In this document: positions 1 through 7,072 of the stretch, one piece after another
Layout of the letters: each line of letters starts with the position of its first letter
Position numbering within the stretch: the first letter of the stretch is position 1
Assembly: GCF_000253055.1 (NCBI RefSeq)
Contig: NC_016070.1
Coordinates: 1,680,001 to 1,712,000, forward strand
Direction of reading: 5' to 3'
DNA from: Thermoproteus tenax Kra 1
Lineage (GTDB): Archaea > Thermoproteota > Thermoprotei > Thermoproteales > Thermoproteaceae
DNA length: 32,000 nucleotides
The notes under the pieces: generated by a model
The model's input: only the letters and a program-made list of their open reading frames with translations
Told to the model about the DNA's origin: nothing
The model's database searches: none
Translations under genes and position numbers: made by a program

Positions 1-97
1 GGAGCTCTAGCTCTATTTCGGCATCTCCGGTCATTGTTATTTTATAAATGGGATCCTCAACCACAGACACCTCACTCACCACCTCATTAAACTCCAT
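1..97 (-). CDS. Partial CDS running off the left edge, MEFNEVVSEVSVVEDPIYKITMTGDAEIELEL..., function unknown
   Basis: Open frame from ATG (CAT at 95-97) to the window edge with no stop. A TATA-like CTTATATTT lies about 25 nt upstream on the minus strand, consistent with a leaderless start. Confidence 0.5.
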   Translation of the reverse strand, partial: MEFNEVVSEVSVVEDPIYKITMTGDAEIELEL

Positions 98-253
98 GGG
101 GTCACCACTTACTAGGAAATATAAGCTTTAAGTTTCACTTTTTTATTTTCTAGTTTAAATAATTTTATACATTTATAAAAATTTATTAGAATTATATTTT
201 TATAAAATGAAATGTTAAGAAAAAACTTTAAATACTGATTAATTAATTCGCTC

Positions 254-676
254 ATGTCTATTCTGGCCGAGGCTAACAAGAGATTTGTTGCAGAAATAAA
301 TAGTTTATTGGGCAAGGAGGTGATAGTAGGCCTGTCCAACGGCGATGAATATAGAGGCGTGTTGTACGCTGTAGATAATCAGCTTAATCTTATCTTATAT
401 GATACTACAACAAAATCGGGTAATAAATACTCTAAATCAATACTTATTTCAAGGTATATTATGTATATAAACTCAATAGAGAAGGAGGTAGATCTAAGGA
501 GCTTTGCTAAATATGCCGAGAAGTACTTTCCGGGAATGGTTAAGTATATAGAGGAATCCAACATAGTGCTTATAGGAGACAAAGTGAGAGTGAGCGAGAT
601 AGGGATAGAGGGCTCCGGGCCTCTCGCCGAGAGGGTTCGACAGATTTACGAGGAGTTTGTTAAAAAACGTGGATGA
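254..676 (+). CDS. Sm-like (Lsm/SmAP) archaeal protein with C-terminal extension
   Basis: 140 aa. Sm1-type region NSLLGKEVIVGLSNGDEYRGVLYAVDNQLNLILYD, plus an additional C-terminal domain as in crenarchaeal SmAP3-like proteins. Confidence 0.8.
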   Translation: MSILAEANKRFVAEINSLLGKEVIVGLSNGDEYRGVLYAVDNQLNLILYDTTTKSGNKYSKSILISRYIMYINSIEKEVDLRSFAKYAEKYFPGMVKYIEESNIVLIGDKVRVSEIGIEGSGPLAERVRQIYEEFVKKRG

Positions 677-2196
677 GCTTTGAAGTTGAGACCAAGGACA
701 TTCTCGGACGGGTAGGAAGGATTTACACAAGGTCGGGAGTTCTGGAGACGCCGAATATATTCCCCGTAATAGATATTAAAAAACAAGAATTAAAACTCGA
801 TGTTGTAAAAAAATACTTTAATAATATTATTACAAATTCATACTTTATATACAATATATATAAATCGGTTGTTAGTATAAAGAATCTGTTGGGATGGGAT
901 GGAATCCTTATGACGGACTCAGGAGCTTACCAACTTATGAGGTACGGCACCATAGACGTTGACCCCGATGATATCTTGAAGTATCAGGCCGAGATAGGAA
1001 GCGATATCGGCGTAATGTTGGACCTTCCTATGGACTCGGAGGAGTCGTACTTCGGCGCACTCATAAAGGTGGAGGAGACTCTGAGGAGAGCCCAGAGGGC
1101 GGCGGAGTTGCGCGAGGAGCTGGGAGGTATGTTGTTAGTGGGTCCCATCCAAGGCGGAGTCTATAAGGACTTGGTGGCGCGATCGGCGAGAAGAATGACG
1201 TCGTTGCCCTTCGACATCTACGCAATAGGTAGCCCTACCACTTTGCTCGAGGAATATCGCTTTGACGAGATACTCGATATAGTTTTGACCGCCAAGTTGA
1301 ACATGAGAAGAGAGGCACCATTACATCTGTTTGGGGCAGGCCACCCCCTTATTTTGCCCTTCGCTGTAGCGGCCGGCATAGATCTATTCGATAGCGCATC
1401 GTACATCCTCTATGCGAGAGACGACAGAATAATGTTGAGGGACAGGACCATTAGGTTAGAGGACGTGAAAACGGACTACCTTCCGTGTAGCACAAAACTG
1501 TGCAATAAACAAGTAAGTGAGCTGAAGGAGATGGATAAAATGGAGAGGACGCAACTTATAGCGGAGCACAACTTGGCTGTACTCAGAGAGGAGATCCTCG
1601 AGGTTAGACAGCGGATCTACGAGGGGACTTTGTGGGAGTATCTGGAGGAAAAGGCGCGCGCCCACAGGAGTCTGTATAGCTCATTACACTTGCTACGAAA
1701 GTTCACGAAGTTGGTCGAGGAGTACGACCCAGTGACACACCCGGAGGCCAGCGGGCTCCTGTTCTTCAGCGACACGGCACTCGGGAGACCTGAGCCCTAT
1801 AGACACAGAGCGCGTATGAGGTACAATTACGACGCGCCACCGAAACAGATAGCAATATTCTTAAAAGCAACCTCTAAACCCTATAATAGATCATGGGAAT
1901 ATATATTCTTAAACAAAATATTGATTTGTAGAGAAAAAATCCATATATTTTTTATAGATGAGATATTCGGCGTTGTGCCCGAGGAGATAGCCGAGGTATA
2001 TCCATTATCTCAACATGAGTCGTGGGGTCTTCTTGAGAATATATATAACGATATCCTTGAAATCTCAAGAAAATATCAATATGTAATAATATATGGACTT
2101 AATATTAAAAGTAAAAATATAATAAATGTAAATAAATTGGAAGAGATTCCGAGATACATTAGATCTATATGTAGTAATGGGACTCTTCTCTCTTAG
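673..2196 (+). CDS. tgtA: Archaeosine tRNA-guanine transglycosylase, catalytic part (no PUA domain)
   Basis: 507 aa. TGT-family motifs MTDSGAYQLMRYG, GVMLDLPMD, VGPIQGGVYKDL, HLFGAGHPLILPFAVAAGIDLFDSASY and CSTKLCNKQ. Confidence 0.88.
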   Translation: MSFEVETKDILGRVGRIYTRSGVLETPNIFPVIDIKKQELKLDVVKKYFNNIITNSYFIYNIYKSVVSIKNLLGWDGILMTDSGAYQLMRYGTIDVDPDDILKYQAEIGSDIGVMLDLPMDSEESYFGALIKVEETLRRAQRAAELREELGGMLLVGPIQGGVYKDLVARSARRMTSLPFDIYAIGSPTTLLEEYRFDEILDIVLTAKLNMRREAPLHLFGAGHPLILPFAVAAGIDLFDSASYILYARDDRIMLRDRTIRLEDVKTDYLPCSTKLCNKQVSELKEMDKMERTQLIAEHNLAVLREEILEVRQRIYEGTLWEYLEEKARAHRSLYSSLHLLRKFTKLVEEYDPVTHPEASGLLFFSDTALGRPEPYRHRARMRYNYDAPPKQIAIFLKATSKPYNRSWEYIFLNKILICREKIHIFFIDEIFGVVPEEIAEVYPLSQHESWGLLENIYNDILEISRKYQYVIIYGLNIKSKNIINVNKLEEIPRYIRSICSNGTLLS

Positions 2197-2887
2197 ACTC
2201 CTCCAACTGTTTTCTCATCTCGTTATACTCTCTCTCGAGCTCCTCAGCCAACTGTTTGAGGTCGGTAGTATCAACGCTTATTCCGAACAGCCTCCCGAAG
2301 TGCTCCAACGCGACGCTGGCCGCTTGAGGATCAGCGGGCTTATCGGCGTAGGGCAGTATCACTAGGGCAGGGAAGTCGTAGAGCTCGAACAATGATAGGA
2401 GCAGCGCGAGAGGTCCTACTATCTGTAGCCCTTGTTCCAACCTTTTGGAGTCGCCGAGCGGAAAGCCGGATTTAATGTAGGACGATGTATACGCCACCCT
2501 CAGAAGATCGTCTGGACTACGTTTGAATCTGCCGTCAAGACCTCCGAAGAGCACCGCCATCTTGAAGCCTCCTGAAACGACCCAGTCGGCCAAACTTTCA
2601 ATAAAGTCGTAGAGAGCCCTGTCGTTTATGCCGTAGTTATTGACTACGCCGGTAACCCTATCGCATGAGAAGATCTCAGCTTGGAGAGCCAGTCTGTCGC
2701 CCTCATAGGCCACAACCGGCGGCATTTCCCTGTATTTAATATAGCCGATAGTCTCACAGCTCCTCGAGAGATGCTTGACTGCAATGTGGCCCACCAGCCC
2801 TACTCCATGGAAACCCGCCACAAAGATCTCCCTAGAGTACGGCCTCTTAAATTTAAATATTATTTTCATATTTTTCAAGTTTTTCAA
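2165..2887 (-). CDS. PAC2-family / proteasome assembly chaperone-like protein
   Basis: 240 aa. FVAGFHGVGLVGHIAVKHLS, VVAYEGDRLALQAEIFSC and the overall PAC2 layout. The start could instead be the internal Met near 2869. Confidence 0.7.
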   Translation of the reverse strand: MKNLKNMKIIFKFKRPYSREIFVAGFHGVGLVGHIAVKHLSRSCETIGYIKYREMPPVVAYEGDRLALQAEIFSCDRVTGVVNNYGINDRALYDFIESLADWVVSGGFKMAVLFGGLDGRFKRSPDDLLRVAYTSSYIKSGFPLGDSKRLEQGLQIVGPLALLLSLFELYDFPALVILPYADKPADPQAASVALEHFGRLFGISVDTTDLKQLAEELEREYNEMRKQLEESKREESHYYI

Positions 2888-3389
2888 TTATTTCTGTTAT
2901 TTTATTTATTTCATTGATATTATTTACATATATAAGTTGAACTTTGCATATAGGGCATTGACCGTTGTAGGCGAGCTCCTCGTCGAGAGAATATCTACGG
3001 TGGCAGTTGGGACAGACATAATATGCGCCCTCGGTCAACCCTCTTATCAACATGCTCAACTTGCTAGAGACGAGCTCTATCCTTTTCTTTAACGCCTGTT
3101 TGATGACTGTATCGTCGACGTACCACGAGTACTCAGTGCGGTAGTCCGGCGTAGTGGACTTCACAACTCCGATCATGTTATTCTTGGAGAGGAACTGGAG
3201 GATCCTCCTGGCCTCGGCCGTCGATATATTCATCAAGATGGCTACTCTGTCGTCAGATAGCTGTTCCCTCCGGGAATACAACATCTCGATAATCTTGCGG
3301 GCAAGTTTTCCATATTCAGGACTATTGAACTCAAAGGAGACGCTGCGTTCAACAATCGCTAGATAAGCGTTTAAAGCCTCCTCGGTCAC
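2853..3389 (-). CDS. tfe: Transcription factor E, TFIIE-alpha homolog
   Basis: 178 aa. N-terminal winged helix and C-terminal zinc ribbon YVCPNCHRRYSLDEELAYNGQCPICKVQL. Confidence 0.85.
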   Translation of the reverse strand: MTEEALNAYLAIVERSVSFEFNSPEYGKLARKIIEMLYSRREQLSDDRVAILMNISTAEARRILQFLSKNNMIGVVKSTTPDYRTEYSWYVDDTVIKQALKKRIELVSSKLSMLIRGLTEGAYYVCPNCHRRYSLDEELAYNGQCPICKVQLIYVNNINEINKITEIIEKLEKYENNI

Positions 3390-4588
3390 AGAACTCTCCT
3401 CAAATTGGTATATAAACTAGCCTCTCTCTCAAAGCTCTCAGCCTCGCCCACTTTAACTGGTATGTATGACTTTCCGTCCAAGATAAGTCCTCCAGCCGGC
3501 GGCCTCGCCTCATAGATCGCATAGCCCGGCGTCCTCCAGAATAGAAGGATCTTCAACGTAGTTATGCCGAAGCCCGTCATCGCCGAGACCGGCACAAATA
3601 CGTCGAAGTACTTCCTGACTATGTAGGCTTTGGCTATAAGCTCTATCGCAGAGACTCTATCTACCTTGTTCAAGACAGGCAGAATGCGCTCTCTATAGAC
3701 GCCGAGAGTCGAGAGTACGTCCAGCGAGGTCTGGAGCTCTCGTGTAAAACTATCTACGTCGTCCGAGACGTCGGCGACTAGCAAGATAAGGTCGGCTTGA
3801 GAGACCTCCTCGAGTGTAGAGTAGAAAGATTCAATGAGGACAGGAGGCAAATCTTCTATGAAACCTATCGTGTCTGTTATTATCAGCTCCTTGCCCCACA
3901 AGCTGATTCGTCTTGAGTAAGTATCTAGAGTCGCGAACGGCTTGCCGTCTACGTACTTGTGCTCTGCGGTCAACCTATTGAAGAGAGTGGTTTTGCCGAC
4001 ACTCGTGTAGCCCGTCAAGACGACCTCGGGAACGCCGAGGTCGCGCCGTTTCTTAATTAAAGACGTCCTATTCGCCCGCATAAGATCTAGCTTCCGCTTT
4101 ATTGTGGCGATCCTTCTCACAGTGTGGCGGTAGAGCGAGTCTATTGCATACTCTCCGGCGCCCATGAATCCCAGTTGTTCGCCCATCTTGGCCCTTCTCA
4201 CATACTCCTTGAGGATTGGCAGTTGATACCTAAGGGAGGCCAACTCGATCTGTAGCTTCGACTCTATATTGCCCGCCCTCTTTTCAAAGATCTTGAGTAT
4301 GACCATAACTCTATCCAATACCTCTGCGCGTGTTGTAGACCTTAGATTATACATCTGAAGCGGCGAGAGACCGTGGTACGTAATAAGTACATCGAAATCT
4401 CTGCCGGCTATCTCCTTCAGTTTTCCACTACCGAAGTAGAATCTAGAGTCAGGTTCGCCGTACTGAACGACGACATCTATAGGCTCATAGCCTGCCAGCT
4501 CTGCCAACACTCTGAATTCGTTCAACCTCCTAGCCAGACTCTTGTCCTTGGGTCCTACGTAGGCCAACAACGCTCTATTCCTCATCAC
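3386..4588 (-). CDS. hflX: GTPase HflX
   Basis: 400 aa. Walker A GYTSVGKTTLFNRL, DTIGFIEDLPPVLIESFYSTLEEVSQADLILLVAD and NKVD. N-terminal HflX region KIFEKRAGNIESKLQIELASLRYQLP. Confidence 0.93.
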   Translation of the reverse strand: MMRNRALLAYVGPKDKSLARRLNEFRVLAELAGYEPIDVVVQYGEPDSRFYFGSGKLKEIAGRDFDVLITYHGLSPLQMYNLRSTTRAEVLDRVMVILKIFEKRAGNIESKLQIELASLRYQLPILKEYVRRAKMGEQLGFMGAGEYAIDSLYRHTVRRIATIKRKLDLMRANRTSLIKKRRDLGVPEVVLTGYTSVGKTTLFNRLTAEHKYVDGKPFATLDTYSRRISLWGKELIITDTIGFIEDLPPVLIESFYSTLEEVSQADLILLVADVSDDVDSFTRELQTSLDVLSTLGVYRERILPVLNKVDRVSAIELIAKAYIVRKYFDVFVPVSAMTGFGITTLKILLFWRTPGYAIYEARPPAGGLILDGKSYIPVKVGEAESFEREASLYTNLRRVL

Positions 4589-5048
4589 GTAGCTCGGCCA
4601 CGTCGCCCAAAGTAAGCTCTCTTCTGTTGTATCCTCCAGACTGATCCTCGGCCTGTTGAACGGGCTCGAGCAACTTTACGCCAAGAGCTTTCTCCAATTT
4701 TCTCGCCAACTCTATGTCGGGCATCAGCTGGCCGCTCTCTATACGCTTCAATACACTCTCCTTTACTCCTATATAGGAGGCCAGAGCCTCTCTACTGAGA
4801 CCCAAGCTCTCTCTAGCCCTCTTTATAACTTCGGCGTATTCTTCGACTACTTCATAGCGTGGCTCCGCCCCCCTCTTCGTAATCCTTCTCTGTTGTGGTT
4901 GAACGAGCCGTTTAGGCGGGCTCTCTACTTTCACTGTGCCACCATAAGACCTAGCGCAACGCTCACATACGTGCAACACGGCGTTATCTAGCTTGATAAC
5001 GTAGGGCTCTCCATCTATTGGGGCGCCGCATATGTCGCAGTAGTGCAT
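4575..5048 (-). CDS. Multiprotein bridging factor type 1 (Zn ribbon plus HTH)
   Basis: Listed ORF is 4575..5090. The likely start is the internal ATG at 5048 (MHYCDICGAPIDGEPYVIK), with a TATA-like CTTTTTATAG about 25 nt upstream. HTH is RESLGLSREALASYIGVKESVLKRIESGQLMPD. Confidence 0.85.
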   Translation of the reverse strand: MHYCDICGAPIDGEPYVIKLDNAVLHVCERCARSYGGTVKVESPPKRLVQPQQRRITKRGAEPRYEVVEEYAEVIKRARESLGLSREALASYIGVKESVLKRIESGQLMPDIELARKLEKALGVKLLEPVQQAEDQSGGYNRRELTLGDVAELRDEE

Positions 5049-5079
5049 TAGATTAAATATGATATCTACTATAAAAAGC

Positions 5080-5541
5080 ATGTCGCCCAAGGAGATGCTC
5101 TACGGTCTACTGACATATCTATATGGCAGTAAAAATATAGATTTAGATTTCAATAAGATTGAAATAAAATTCAATAAAAATAATAGATTAAAATATGTAT
5201 ATTATAATGGTAGACCTATATTTACGTTTAGAAATAATGATGGATACTTGTTACCGTTGATTGAAGCAGCGCGATATATCAGATTGCCCTACGTGGTTGT
5301 TGATGAGGAGACCGCTAAACACGCCATTAAGGGGAAAAGCGTGCCGGCGAAATTTATAGTGAGAGCGTCGCCAGACCTCAGGCCTAACGCCGAGGTCGCA
5401 GTTCTAGATATCAAGGGCAACCCCGTAGCGGTGGGGAGGGCCATATACAGCATTAGGGAGTTGAGCCTGGGCAAAGGCTATGCAGTAAAGCCCAGAGATA
5501 CGGCGGAACTAGACGATCCATCCACTGATGCAACGGCCTAG
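5080..5541 (+). CDS. C2/PUA C-terminal module of archaeosine TGT as a separate polypeptide
   Basis: Listed ORF is 5059..5541, likely start at ATG 5080 (MSPKEML). RLKYVYYNGRPIFTFRNNDGYLLPLIEAARYI...PAKFIVRASPDLRPNAEVAVLDIKGNPVAVGRAIYS resembles the C2-PUA end of euryarchaeal TgtA. Confidence 0.75.
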   Translation: MSPKEMLYGLLTYLYGSKNIDLDFNKIEIKFNKNNRLKYVYYNGRPIFTFRNNDGYLLPLIEAARYIRLPYVVVDEETAKHAIKGKSVPAKFIVRASPDLRPNAEVAVLDIKGNPVAVGRAIYSIRELSLGKGYAVKPRDTAELDDPSTDATA

Positions 5542-5630
5542 GGCTGCCCCTCGCCTACGCCCTCGTAGGCGCTTTCCAGGCGACGGCCCCTCGCCGTAAA
5601 AGTTAAAAAATGACTTACCAGGAGAGAAAG

Positions 5631-5740
5631 GCCCCGGTGGCTTAGCCCGGTAGAGCGCCCTGGGGTACAGCCCCGCGTAGGCCTTGTAGGCCTATGACCA
5701 AGACAGCGGGAGGTCCCGGGTTCGAATCCCGGCCGGGGCT
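5631..5740 (+). tRNA. tRNA-Thr(TGT) with two introns (5661-5680 and 5689-5704)
   Basis: After removing both introns: GCCCCGG-TG-GCTTAGCCCGGTAGAGC-G-CCCGC-CTTGTAA-GCGGG-AGGTC-CCGGGTTCGAATCCCGG-CCGGGGC-T, a 74-nt cloverleaf with every stem paired. Anticodon TGT. U73 fits archaeal tRNA-Thr. Confidence 0.92.
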
Positions 5741-5759
5741 TCAGTCCCTTTATCTGTCA

Positions 5760-5945
5760 TTGAGCGGCTATAACTGGAGGACCGCGCTCCTCGCCTTAGG
5801 CGGGGTTTCCACCGTTGGGGCCTCACCCGTTGCCCCTCCTCGGGGCTGATGGGCCGCGGCTGGGGCGGGCATTGCGGCGGGGTGTCCCCCGCCGGGGCCA
5901 TTCCGCGCTTGAGTCCGTCCCCCGCGCGGCGCCCGCCGCGACCTC
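5760..5945. ncRNA. Candidate structured GC-rich RNA, strand and family unassigned
   Basis: Very GC-rich intergenic block with several inverted repeats (GGCGGGG-tgtcc-CCCGCC, GGAG-gaccgcg-CTCC, CGCC-ttag-GGCG). A TATA-like CTATATTTTT on the minus strand near 5981-5990 would suit a minus-strand transcript. Confidence 0.35.
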
Positions 5946-6058
5946 TCTCTTCTCTGTCCTCTTCACTAACTCTGCCACGGAAAAATATAGATGGCTTAAA
6001 ACCTACTCCGTGAAGGGCGAGGCCTTCGGCTGTAAAGAATACGAAGAAATGCGCGGGA

Positions 6059-6607
6059 CTACTGCTGTTCCCCTCCCTCCTGGCGCCTTTGCCGCATCTT
6101 ACGCGGAGACCTCACAGGCGCTGGGGCTTGTTTTGGCGAGGATATGAATCCGAGCGGCCATCCATATACTCTATCTCTCTGCTCGCTTGCCGTGGTGTGA
6201 GTCTCTATGGCGAAGCCGCTGTGGAGCACCAGAGGCTCGTCGGCCCACACGGCGGTCTTCTCAGGATAATAGGCCACAGGCTCCACGAACCACTCGACTA
6301 CTCTGCCGCCCTCGGCGAATCTTACGTAGTCAAAGTACTCGTCGGCGTTATAAAATCCCCAGATTACCACCAACGAGGCGTCGGGCAGAGGGGGCGACAT
6401 ACGGCCCAGCGCCAAGCTGTAGCCGTAGCTCTCGGCTTTTTCGCCATAGAGGTGTTTCGGAGCTATTTGCTCGACCCTAGCGCCGACCTTCTTGGCGTGC
6501 TCTGTGGCTATAGAGTAGGCCCTGCGCACCGCCCTCTCTACATCGGCCTTAGAGAGTGGTATCAGCCACATGGCCCGCCGTAGGAGCGGACTTAAAAGCT
6601 TTAACAT
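6059..6607 (-). CDS. Hypothetical protein
   Basis: 182 aa ORF with plausible composition. The two longest overlapping opposite-strand ORFs are low-complexity Arg/Pro/Gly-rich. No family recognised. Confidence 0.55.
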   Translation of the reverse strand: MLKLLSPLLRRAMWLIPLSKADVERAVRRAYSIATEHAKKVGARVEQIAPKHLYGEKAESYGYSLALGRMSPPLPDASLVVIWGFYNADEYFDYVRFAEGGRVVEWFVEPVAYYPEKTAVWADEPLVLHSGFAIETHTTASEQRDRVYGWPLGFISSPKQAPAPVRSPRKMRQRRQEGGEQQ

Positions 6608-6650
6608 AATTTCAATTAGTAAAATAACCGTTAGCTATAAAGAAAGAGAA

Positions 6651-6965
6651 ATGGGACGGCCCATGATCGTGGCCGTTGTGGCTCTCACAATCGTCGCAGT
6701 GTTGTTGGGTCTGGCGATGAGGCGAGTGAGAGACAGGGCTCTGGCCGCGTTGGGCGTCATAGGCTTCTTCATGATTGCGCTGCCGGCGTTGTTCGCCAGC
6801 GGGGATATAGTAGGACGTATTATATCAATAATATTCGCGTATGGGCCATATTGGGAGTACGTGATACCGCTATTAGCTTTTGCGCTGGCGCTACTTCCGC
6901 CGCAAAAACAGGGGAGAGGTCGGGCGAGGAGGGCCCTCAGGGCCGGCCACGAGGACTACTGGTGA
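6651..6965 (+). CDS. Small hypothetical membrane protein
   Basis: Listed ORF 6570..6965, likely start MGRPMIVAVV at 6651. Has 2-3 hydrophobic segments and a basic C-terminus. Confidence 0.6.
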   Translation: MGRPMIVAVVALTIVAVLLGLAMRRVRDRALAALGVIGFFMIALPALFASGDIVGRIISIIFAYGPYWEYVIPLLAFALALLPPQKQGRGRARRALRAGHEDYW

Positions 6966-7072
6966 CCCCCAGACGCTAAACTCTACCTTTTTTCTATAAA
7001 AGGGAAGGGGCACTATAAGGGCGAACATGGACGCCGGCGGCTCTGTCGGAAGGACGTTATTTGAAATTATTT

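Noticed and set aside
5760-5945. Assigning the GC-rich block as RNase P RNA or SRP RNA
   Set aside because: The expected conserved segments (GAAAGUC / ACAGAA..GGCUUA; SRP S-domain loops) could not be identified, so it is left as an unassigned candidate.
5815-6147. ORF of 110 aa on the minus strand, and 5692..5901 on the minus strand
   Set aside because: Pro/Arg-rich low-complexity translations across the GC-rich hairpin block and tRNA; more likely non-coding.
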